Positions 40,543 through 50,022 of a DNA stretch of 64,000 nt are shown here, one piece after another. The DNA is taken from the NCBI RefSeq assembly GCF_018977255.1, contig NW_024704742.1, positions 70,496,001 through 70,560,000 of the forward strand, read 5' to 3'. Position 1 is the first letter of the stretch. Each line of letters opens with the position of its first letter. Below the pieces are notes generated by a model that was not told the DNA's origin, did not search any database, and saw only the letters and a list, made by a program, of their open reading frames with translations. The translations under genes and the position numbers were made by a program. Source of the stretch: Callorhinchus milii. Taxonomy: Eukaryota.

Positions 40543-40629
40543 TCGATGTGGATCGAAAGGATAACTTTTGTCACGGGGTACAAGCTGCCAGGTATCCTGC
40601 GCTGGTTCGAGGCTGTCCACATGTCCATG
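40543..40629 (+). CDS. dock2-like: DOCK exon M ([29 protein letters not shown])
   Basis: cag|TCG...ATG|gtgagg. Confidence 0.96.
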
Positions 40630-40672
40630 GTGAGGGTTCCATTCATCCGGTGTCTGACACACACAGAAACCC

Positions 40673-40972
40673 TGTAGCTCAGTGGTTAAACCACTCACTT
40701 TGCAAGCGAGAGACCTGGGTTCAAATACCGGCAGGCGAAACCTTGGGCAAGTTTCCTTACTCCACACACCTGATAATAATCCCTCAAAAAAACCCAATAA
40801 TAAATTGGTCATTTCAATCCACAACTGTTTGTGGGACACTGCAATTGACTGCCGTGTTTTGCCCACAAAAATACAGTCAATTCACTCGACAGTCCATTCT
40901 GTGAAGCGCTTTGAGACATTGAGAAGACGTGAAAAGCGCTACGTCAAATGCAAGGATTATTATTATTATTAT
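40673..40972 (+). mobile_element. Second tRNA-SINE family, short form, with AAACCC target-site duplication
   Basis: AAACCC at 40667-72 and 40973-78. Confidence 0.88.
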
Positions 40973-41150
40973 AAACCCATCACTGTGATCAGCCAGGTGT
41001 CTGACACACACAAAAAACCATCACCACGATCAGCCACATGTCTGACACACACAGAAACCCATCACTGTGAACAGCCGGGTATCTGACACACAGAAAAAAA
41101 CATCACTGTGATCAGCTGGGTGTCTGACACACCGAGATATCACCCTGAAA
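40973..41150 (+). repeat. ~38-39-nt tandem repeat AAACCCATCACTGTGATCAGCCRGGTGTCTGACACACAG, ~4.5 units
   Basis: seen directly; first partial unit at 40645-40672. Confidence 0.85.
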
Positions 41151-41438
41151 TCGCCCAGATAAAATCAGTCATTCATTTGGTGGCTTTTTGTGGGACGTTG
41201 CTGTGTGAAATTGGCTGTTGGGTTTGCCTACAATATCCTGAGTCACTACACAGCGATTGCTTTTTGGGATTACTCATTTGTTGATCTGGTTGACTAGCTG
41301 TTCGGTTGGTGATTTGATCGGTTTGTCGATTGTTCAATTGACTGGTTGCTTGGTTGGTCAGCTTGTGGGTTGTTCAGTTGATCGGTTGGTCAATTGATTG
41401 ATCGATGATCAATTGATCGATGTCTTTCTTTTGCACAG

Positions 41439-41615
41439 TGTGAAATCAGCCCCCTGGAGAATGCCATTGAGACGATGCAAAAAACAAACAACAAGATACT
41501 CGCGATGATAAACCAGCACCACACCGATCCTAGCCTCTCCATCAACCCTCTCTCCATGCTGCTCAATGGTATTGTGGACCCCGCTGTGATGGGGGGCTTT
41601 GCAAAGTACGAGACG
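41439..41615 (+). CDS. dock2-like: DOCK exon N ([13 protein letters not shown]...[22 protein letters not shown]), includes the DHR2 nucleotide-sensor valine
   Basis: cag|TGT...ACG|gtgagt; DPAVMGG intact. Confidence 0.97.
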
Positions 41616-42020
41616 GTGAGTCCCACACACAGGACATGATCGACACAGTTCATGAGGAATGGAGAGGGATTCAGGGAAAAGACCCTTCTGCCCATCTGAT
41701 CTTTTCCTTCCAGATTCCTGCCTGACCATCCTCCCAGTATCCCAGCTCTGGTAATCCTGTTCCAGTCACTGGCTTCACCATTCACATATTTCTGCTCATT
41801 CAACATCCACTAGTCTCCATCATCACCCCTCCCCCAGCCCCATCCTCGCCAGGCTTCTCTGGCTCCCAATGGATCAACTTCAAGCTCTTCGCTCTCATCT
41901 ATAAATCCCTTCTTGCCCTAGCACCTCCCTATCTCGCCAAACTCTGTTGGTAGGGCATCTCAAAGCACCTCAAAGGATTTACTGTAAAGAATACTAACTG
42001 AGTATTTTGTGGGCGAACTC

Positions 42021-42165
42021 AGCTGCTAGGAATCCTGCGCTGGTTCGAGGCTATTTACATTTCCATGGTGAGGATTCCATTCATCCAATGTCTGACACAC
42101 GCAGACAGCTGATCACAGTGATCAGCCGGGTGTCTGATATACACAGAAATCCATCACAGTGACCA
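42021..42165 (+). pseudogene. Diverged copy of the exon M 3' half + donor + intron start, inside a minus-strand SINE
   Basis: 42021-42067 vs 40583-40629: 41/47 identical; continues gtgagg..ttccattcatcc..tgtctgacacac. Confidence 0.9.
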
Positions 42166-42338
42166 GAAGGGGGCCAAGGCACTGGGAGAGAGAAACTCCC
42201 TTCTTTTTTCAAATAGCGCCACGGAGGTGATAACAATGTGGAGTCTATTCCAAATCAGGAAGTTCTGTCACTTAATTGGTCATCCTGCCAGTCCTGGGAG
42301 AGGGTCTTTGTAAAGCACTGTGTTCTCCTCACACCCAG

Positions 42339-42422
42339 GCGTTCTTCACCGAGGCCTACATGAGCACACACCCAAAGGACATGGACAACATCACCAAGCT
42401 GAAGGATCTGATAGCATGGCAG
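42339..42422 (+). CDS. dock2-like: DOCK exon O (AFFTEAYMSTHPKDMDNITKLKDLIAWQ)
   Basis: cag|GCG...CAG|gtagga. Confidence 0.96.
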
Positions 42423-42677
42423 GTAGGAGCCCTCCAGCCAGCTCCACACCCCAACAGCACAGGCTTTGGAGGACAGTGAAGAACATTTTGTTCATAATAA
42501 AAATATATAGTGTCTTCCTCCCTCCCTCCCTCCCTCCTTCCCTCCTTTCTTCCTTCCTTCCTTCCTTCCTTTCTGTCGGTTTGTCTGTCTGTCTCTCAGC
42601 ACCTTGGGAAATCCTCCCAACGTGAAAGGCGCTATACAAATGTAATTTTGTTGTTGTTGTTCCTACGTCTCTTTCAG

Positions 42678-42815
42678 CTTCCTCTGCTGGCCGAGGGCAT
42701 CAGGATCCATGGAAAGAAAGTTCCGGAAACTCTCCGTCCCTTCCATGAACGAATGGAGGAATGCTTCGCTCAGCTCCGGGTTAAGGTGGAAAGTCAGTAC
42801 GGGGTGCGGGACTTG
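42678..42815 (+). CDS. dock2-like: DOCK exon P (LPLLAEGIRIHGKKV...LRPFHERMEECF...YGVRDL)
   Basis: cag|CTT...TTG|gtgagt; end of DHR2. Confidence 0.96.
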
Positions 42816-42857
42816 GTGAGTCCCTCTCAGAAAGCAAGCGTGAGAAAAAGGGGATCA

Positions 42858-43330
42858 AGGTCCGCAGTATTCCAGGGCACTGCTGATGACAGCACAGCCC
42901 AGCCTGGCTGATCAGTAGACTTGGAAGGGCAGACCAGTCACTGGGGGCAGGGAGTCATCCCACTCAGCTCCTGTTAACCCTGCAAGGCAAAGTCTTAACG
43001 GTGATTCTAGCTGAACAAGCAGTGGGAAAACTTAACAGGCAGTGCCCTCCAATGGCAAGCTATGTGATTTTAGCTGGATAGACTCCAGCACTTACCCCAC
43101 AACCCACATTCTGGGGTCCCTAAGCCTTGGTTCTTGCCAACCTGCACCTGATACTCTCTGGAATTAGGAAAGCAGGATGTGTCCCTCCAGGGAGACATAG
43201 ATTGCACATTCCATTCCAGATACAGGGAAATTTCCACGTGTAGATGACACACATATGTGGAAATCTCAGTTTGGTTTGGGTACTCTTAAGCATGGTGATG
43301 GGTTTCCGTGTGTCAGACACCTGACTGACA
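42858..43330 (+). mobile_element. Unclassified ~470-bp interspersed repeat, most complete copy
   Basis: homologous pieces at 25559-25838, 27675-28090, 36628-36753(-), 45890-46070, 48690-48862(-), 54257-54660(-), 56575-56836(-), 9720-9880(-), 17060-17165, 1790-1940(-). Confidence 0.8.
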
Positions 43331-43631
43331 AAAAAAAACTTTCCATTGACGTCCTGTAATGAGACATTAAACAGTGGAACTTCCTGCCTTAATCCCTCCA
43401 TTTTGGCCCCTCCTTAACCATCTTCAGGTCACACCTGGAGATCTATGATTATGTCTACAAACCTCTTTCCCTAGTTCAGCATCAGGCTCTGCCACTATTA
43501 AATGCTCTGAGATGCAAACCTGTGTGATGGATGCTACATAAATGCACGTTGTTATTGTAAGCCAAAGTGCAGCTGTCTATGTAACTATGTGGGTGAAAGT
43601 ATTACCAGTGTGAGCTCTTACTCTCTTCCAG

Positions 43632-43771
43632 ATGATTTTTGAAGAGCAACGAGGAGGGGGAGGAAGGCCTCGCTCCATGGTCCGATCATTCCGCCCGCTC
43701 TCCATCATCTCGTCCAGCTCGCTCAGCTCCACCAGCTCTGACAAAGAGACCCCTCGAGGCACAGAGGCCAG
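43632..43771 (+). CDS. dock2-like: DOCK exon Q (MIFEEQRGGGGRPRSMVRSFRPLSIISSSS...)
   Basis: cag|ATG...AG|gtgagg; RPRSMVRSF motif. Confidence 0.93.
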
Positions 43772-44306
43772 GTGAGGGACCTCTCTCCAACCCCACCCGG
43801 GACATCATTCTCTGAGTCAGGAGGTTGTGGATTTGAGCCCCATTTTGAGCTCGCAGCCTAGACTGAACTCCATTGCATTGTAGGGGAGAGCACTGCATTG
43901 TCAAAGGCAATGTCCTTTGGATGAGATGTTAAAGATCCTGTGGCGCTTTTGGTAAAGAGAAGGGAGGTTTTCCTCTCCCGATGTCCTGGCTAACATTCCC
44001 CCAGATAAAATGGGTCATTCACCTCACATCTGTTGTGGAAATTTCTGTGCACCATCTTGGCTGCCGTGTTCTCCCATGTGCTAATCGGCACCTGTGAGCC
44101 TCTATCTGTGCGCTGACATTCCATTCAGATTTTCAAGATGGATCTGGATAGATATTAAGATTAGGGTATCAAGAGATATGGGGCAAAGGAGGGTAATTGA
44201 AGTTGAGGTACAGATCTTATAAAATGGCGGAATAGGTTCAAGGGGCTGAATGGCCTCCTCCTGTTCCTATGTTCCTGATTTTCTTCCCGTTACCGGGATT
44301 TTCTAG

Positions 44307-44469
44307 CCTGGAGCCCCCACTGCCCAAGAAGACCTCACTGCGCTCCCAGGACAAGCTTGGGGACGGGACACCTAGAGACACCGAAGATAAGAAGACGGCG
44401 AAGAAGAGCAACCGGACCAGCGGGCTGTTCGGCCTAAAGAAGTCATCAGTCTCAATCCCTTCCCCAGAG
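44307..44469 (+). CDS. dock2-like: DOCK exon R (LEPPLPKKTSLRSQDKL...SPE)
   Basis: tag|C...GAG|gtcagt; resembles DOCK1 LEPLLPKK..SRSQDKL. Confidence 0.9.
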
Positions 44470-44685
44470 GTCAGTCACTGCCTGCCTCGAGGGGGGTTGA
44501 GGGGAGAAAGGGCGTCCAACTGATGCTGAACTCTGCCACCCGTATTCTCAGCCCTAACACCCCTCCTTCCCAAGCTCTGTTGCAGAAAGGATCGATTTCA
44601 AGATTCTCACACTTACATTTGGGGCAAGGATACCGGGAGAGAAACTATATATAATCATTAACTATTTGTTTTGTTTTTCATTCAG

Positions 44686-44770
44686 GAGCCATCCAAGCCC
44701 TCGGCAATTGGGAGTGATGCTGACCTAGCGGAGGACAATACGGAACAATCCTCCAGGGACCAGGGCTCAG
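44686..44770 (+). CDS. dock2-like: DOCK exon S (EPSKPSAIGSDADLAEDNTEQSSRDQGS)
   Basis: ttcag|GAG...G|gtgacc; supplies the phase 0 to 1 link needed between exons R and T. Confidence 0.8.
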
Positions 44771-44969
44771 GTGACCCCGTGATCATGACCTTACGGAACT
44801 TTACGTGTCAGAACTTTGTATGCCTCTCTGGCTCTCTCTCGCCTCTGAGGCGAAGCTTGTGGGTTCAAGCCCCCAACTTCAGGACTTTGAACTCATATAG
44901 GACTCCATTGCAGTGCTGGGGGAGGGGTCGCTGCATTGTCACGGGTGCTGAGATATTAGATGTTAAACC

Positions 44970-45330
44970 AGGTATTACTGTGAAGTGTAGTGATTGAGTA
45001 TTTTGTAGGTGAATGTGGCAGCCAATTTGCGCACAGCAACATCCCACAAACATCTATGAAGTGAGTGACCGATTTTATCTGAGGGACACCGGGAGAGAGA
45101 AACTCCCTTCTCTTTTCAAGTAGCGCCGTGGGATATGTAACATCCATCTAAACACAGACAGGGCCTGGGTTTACATCTCAACTGAAGGACGGTGCTTCTG
45201 ACAATGCAGAGCTCCCCTCCCAGCACTGCACTGAACTGCTAGAGCGTCAGCCTAGACTGTGAGCTGAAAGTCCCAACATAAGGCCTTGAACCCACAACCT
45301 TCTGGCTCAGAGGCGACTGAGCCAGCCGCA
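44970..45330 (-). mobile_element. Deu-domain SINE
   Basis: reverse complement of head + core. Confidence 0.8.
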
Positions 45331-45512
45331 CACCCCAATTTCTTCCAGGTTCCCAATTTCATCTTGAAAATTCCAAGGACTTGCAGTGTAATTGGGGGGG
45401 GGGGACAAGAGGAGGGGGATAGAGGAAAAGAGGATAAATTGTGTTTGTAAAATTGCCTGTTAGGTTTGTTCAGTTGCGCTCTTTAACCCTTTGCCGTCTG
45501 CTGCTCTAATAG

Positions 45513-45685
45513 GTCAGCCAGCCACTGTGATAAACGGGTTCGGTGGTCAGATCCGGAGCTCCCGGCCCCCTCCTCTGCCCAAGAAGATCAGCCCCATCCT
45601 GTACGAGAGCTTCAGCCAGGAGCAGGCGGATTCCTTGAGCCCGCTCGGAAGACAGGGCTCTGGGAGACGCTCATCACTGAGCACG
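45513..45685 (+). CDS. dock2-like: DOCK exon T (GQPATVINGFGGQIRSSRPPPLPKKISP...SSLST)
   Basis: tag|GT...ACG|gtgagt; PPPLPKK motif. Confidence 0.85.
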
Positions 45686-46196
45686 GTGAGTCACAGGGGG
45701 GGATCCTGACACGACAGGACAAGAGCCAGCCGTTAAATGGGACCTGACCTCAACCTCTCCCTTCCCCCATTCCAGCCGTTAGTTCCCCTCCAGAAAAATA
45801 AATACGTCCTTGTGTCTGCCCTGAAATTACCCCTCACAACCCCGCAGCCTACTCTGTCACAGGTGTGTGTGCAGTGATTCTTCCCACCTGGCTCCTGTCA
45901 ACCGTGCAAACCAAAGGCATCCTGTGCCTACTACTCTCCGGAATTATAAAAGCGGGGTGCATCCCTCCAAAGAGAGAATGTGCATTCCATTCCAGATTTG
46001 GGGAAATTTCCATGTATAGCTGTCAAAAGCTCATGTGGAACTCTCAGTCTGGTTTGGCGACCCTTAAGCAAAGCAATGGGTCAGATGACCCATCTGACAA
46101 AATAAAAATCTCTGGGAAGAATGAGCTTGAATTAAGTCTTCATCCGAACCAATCTTCATGACTCCGGGATCCTCACTGTTTCTCTTCCTTCGCTAG

Positions 46197-46298
46197 GTGG
46201 CCAGCCAGGGGGCCCCAGAGGCCACCAAGGGCCGGAAGTCATCCCCTCCTCGTCCACCGCCAAAGAACAAGAGACAGACACAGCCCCCACAGAGCTGA
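46197..46298 (+). CDS. dock2-like: DOCK terminal coding exon (VASQGAPEATKGRKSSPPRPPPKNKRQTQPPQS*)
   Basis: polypyrimidine tract + tag|GTG...TGA; PPxPPPK resembles the DOCK1/5 C-terminus. Confidence 0.85.
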   Translation: MASQGAPEATKGRKSSPPRPPPKNKRQTQPPQS

Positions 46299-46367
46299 CT
46301 GCCCCCCCTCACCACCAGCAACAACACCGTGGGACAGTGAACAGGACGGCAGCCAGGCACTGGGTGT

Positions 46368-46655
46368 GATGTCGCATTGCCTGGCGATGTGGCATTGCCT
46401 GGCGATGTGGCATTGCCTGGCGATGTGGCATTGCCTGGCGATGTGGCATTGCCTGGCGATGTGGCATTGCCTGGCGATGTGGCATTGCCCGGCGATGTCG
46501 CATTGCCTGGCGATGTCGCATTGCCCGGCGATGTCGCATTGCCTGGCGATGTGGCATTGCCTGGCGATGTCGCATTGCCTGGCGATGTGGCATTGCCTGA
46601 TGACATCAGATTGCCCAGTGATGTCACATTGTTTGGTGATGTCAGGTTCTCCAGC
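46368..46655 (+). repeat. 18-nt minisatellite GATGT(G/C)GCATTGCC(T/C)GGC in the DOCK 3'UTR: 13 near-perfect + 3 degenerate units
   Basis: units read directly at 46368-46601, degenerate to 46655. Confidence 0.95.
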
Positions 46656-46731
46656 GATAACGTTGAGGGAGGGTGGGAGGGGAAAATAGAAATGGGAGGG
46701 GCAGTATACTTTTTTAATGCCATTACCTTGT

Positions 46732-46737
46732 ATTAAA
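46732..46737 (+). terminator. Probable polyadenylation signal ATTAAA of the DOCK gene
   Basis: ATTAAA ~430 nt after the stop, followed by a GT/T-rich element at ~46775-46797. Confidence 0.6.
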
Positions 46738-46869
46738 ACAATCTTATCAATAAGAATCCATTTTTGCACAAAGATGTTGGTTGTTTTTCTTTCTCTCCCT
46801 GCGTGCCGGCCAACTTCACGCTAAAATGGTCATCAGGTCGCCACCGACCACTTCCTGCTTTGCTGCGCA

Positions 46870-47275
46870 TATGCTCACCTCTGAGTCAGAAGGTTGTGGG
46901 TTCAAGCCCCCAAGTTAGGACTTGGGAGTCACTTCACCTAAGCTGTCACTCCAATGCAGTGGGAGGAGCGCTGCATTCATAGCGGTGCCGACCTTTGAAA
47001 TAAGATGTTAAACCAAGGTCCCATCTGTGCCTGTTCAGGTGACATCCTGCTGCACTATCAGGAAAGAGAAGGGAGTTTCTCTCTCCTGGTGTCTCTGACC
47101 AACAATCCCCCAGATAAAATAGTTCATTCACTTCAAGGCTGTTTGGGGGATGTTGCTGTGCACAAATTGGCTGCCACATTTCCCTGCAAAATGCACAGTC
47201 GCGATACTTTACAGTAAATTTTATGAAGTGCTTTGAGACCTCTTCCCGATGGGTGAAAAGGCACTGTATCAAATT
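46870..47275 (+). mobile_element. Deu-domain SINE
   Basis: head + core + tail. Confidence 0.8.
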
Positions 47276-47457
47276 AATCACAAAATGGTGCAGTGTTAGG
47301 AATTAGCCACAAGGCGGCAGTGGTCGGTTGACCACACAAGAGATTCAGAATGTTGGATGTAGTTTGGCTCCACCAGGAATGCTGCAGGTCACTGAGCTCA
47401 GTGGTCAAACAATAATAATAATAATCCTTGCATTTGATATAACGCCCATAGCACCCC

Positions 47458-47744
<287 letters not shown>

Positions 47745-48394
47745 TCCCTTCGCCCCACCCAGGCACCCATCCCCTGCCCGCCGCCTCCCCCTCCTCCAGC
47801 CGGCTCAAACCTTCTCTACCTCCTTCAGCCCCCCACCTCCCTCCCCTCGCTCCCTCCCCCCCCCTCACCCTACACCCCCCCCTCCCCCCTCCCTCAAAGC
47901 TTAAATCCCCTCGTCTGAGGGGACGTTAAAGTCATATTGCAAAGATGTAACAAAGAACCTGTGGCCAACAATCTCCCAGATAAAATCCTCCACTCACTTC
48001 ATGGCTGTTTGTGGGGATGTTGCTATGTGCAAATTAGTTGCCGCATTCACCCACACAAACAGCCATCACACTTTAGTTACAGCAATTCCCTGTGACATGC
48101 TTTAAGATGTTTGGGCATTATACAGCTGCGATATTAAATGCAAGGATTGCCTCCACAAAACCTTTTTCCACTCTGCACATTCCTAGGTTTTTTTTGTAGG
48201 GCGTTTCTGTGTAAAAATTAGCTGCTGTGTTCAGCTACAAAATTCTGTGTGCAAATTAGCTGCTGTGTTCAGCTACAAAATAGAGTCAGGCCACTCTACA
48301 GTAATTACCATGAAGCACTTTGAGATGTTTTGATGCGATAAGGTGCTGTGTATAAATGCTCGGATTGTTTTATTGTGAGTTTTGTGTGGTTTGG

Positions 48395-48572
48395 CTGGTC
48401 ACCAAGACTAATACAAAGGGTGAATGGGTGCGGGTTTGCACTGGCTGAATTTTTGGTGACTTGGCAGTGTCTGTCTGGACAATATGACCCGTTCAGAGAC
48501 AAAGGTTGGACAGAAAGCACAGAGAGCGGAGCGCAGAGCAGTGTCAGCCCCGCACAGCTCCCGCCACACCAG
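48395..48572 (+). repeat. ~177-nt segment with a diverged inverted copy at 50376-50550
   Basis: shared GCGGGTTTGCACTGGCTGA.TTTTTGGTGACTTG and CAGAGCAGTGTCA.CCCC. Confidence 0.85.
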
Positions 48573-49209
48573 ACTGAGGGTCTCTCTGTTCCCGCTGCAT
48601 GGTCACACAATCTTTATTTATTATGTTTACAGTCTTATCATTGGCCTAATAATCCTTGGGTTTAACACACCGCCTTATGAGCCTGGCGAGCATTGGGGTA
48701 ACTGCTGGAATCTAACCAGCTAAAACTGCATAACTTTCCATTAAGAGCACTGTCTGGCAAGGTTTCCCGCTGCTTGTCCAGCTTGGACCAACCTAACCAT
48801 TAGGGCTTTGGCTTAAAGGGTTAACAGTAGCTGAGTGAGAGGATTCCCTGCCCCCATTGACTTGTGTATGTGTCCCCTAATGGTGCCATTTAAATTGACT
48901 CTTGGATCAAAAATGTGACCAATACTCTTTATTATTATTTATTATTGAAGCAAAAATATCTACAAATACTTTAGTCAAAGGTATGTTTTCTCAGTCAAGA
49001 GTTGGTACTTTTCTCATATTGATGGTGAGACGGAGTGTTACAGCTTAAAAGTTCAGCCTAGTGTGTGTGTGTGTGTGTGTGTGTGCCACTCTTCCATTTT
49101 CCTAAATCACTTTTTTTTAATACATTGATCCCACTTCCCAGTTCTCTCCCACATCCCTTCCTGGTATTTTTCCAGACATGGCCCTGTGCAACTCTCAAGA
49201 TTGGGTCAG

Positions 49210-50022
49210 ATCATAGAATCATAGAATTATACAGCACAGAATGAAACCATTCGGCCCATCGTGTCTGTGCCGGCTCTTTAGAAAGAGCTATCCAAATCAA
49301 TCCCACTCCCCCGCTCTCTCCCCATAGCCCTGCAAACTTGTCCTCCCCACGTATGGATCTATTTCTCTCTTAAAAGCTGTTATCGAATCATCTTCCACCA
49401 CCTTTTCAGACAATGCATTCCAGATCCAAACTCGCTTTGCGAAAAAATTTCTCCTCGCCTACCCTGTGTTTCTTTTAACAACTATAATAAATCGGTGCCC
49501 TCAGGTTACCGACAAACCCACCAGTGGAAATAGTTTCTCCTTAGTCACCTAACAAATAGATCAAAAACAGCAGTGGTCCCAATACCAACCCCTGGAGGAC
49601 ACTACTGCACACTTCCCTCCAATCAAAAAAACAACTGCTCACCACCACTCTGCTTTCTGTCTCCCAGCCAGTTCTGTATCTATGCTGCCACTGTCCCTTT
49701 AATACCGTGGGCTTCTATTTTGCTTACAAGTCTCTTATGTGGCACTTTATCAAACGCCTTTTGAAAATCTATATAAACTACACTAACTGCACTACCTTCA
49801 TCCACCCTCTCTGTTACTTCATCAAAAAACCATGGTGGTCAGACACAATTTGCCTTTAACAAAACTTGTGTTGGCTTTCCTTTATTAACCCATATTTTTC
49901 TAAGTGAAAATTTATTTTGTCCCGCATTATAGTCTCTAGAAGTTTCCCGACTACTGACGGTAGGCTGACCGGCCTGTAGTTCCCAGGTTTATCCTTCTGC
50001 CCCTTTTTCTACAGGGGAGTAA
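49210..50022 (-). mobile_element. CR1 LINE fragment (3' end joined to RT segment)
   Basis: ATCATAGA tail; YRPVSLPSVVGKLLE and DFQKAFDKVPH motifs on the minus strand. Confidence 0.88.

Larger units (their letters stand above)
315..46298 (+). other. dock2-like: Gene span (3' part, 21 coding exons): dedicator of cytokinesis DOCK-A family Rac GEF, DOCK2-like; 5' part lies upstream of the window
   Basis: 21 AG/GT-bounded exons join in phase into one 2350-nt frame ending at TGA 46296-46298; the translation matches the DOCK1/2/5 armadillo region, DHR2 and tail. Confidence 0.95.

Noticed and set aside
46368..46601. CRISPR-like regular array (also 26540-27170, 40973-41150)
   Set aside because: Head-to-tail tandem units with no unique spacers; eukaryotic context, no cas genes
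46193..46769. Repeat-protein ORFs (PGNATS)n, (RQCHIA)n, (LAMWHC)n
   Set aside because: The 18-nt unit has no stop in any frame and lies in the 3'UTR; no independent gene signals
48204..48281. ~38-nt direct duplication within a SINE fragment
   Set aside because: Ordinary slippage duplication with no functional context
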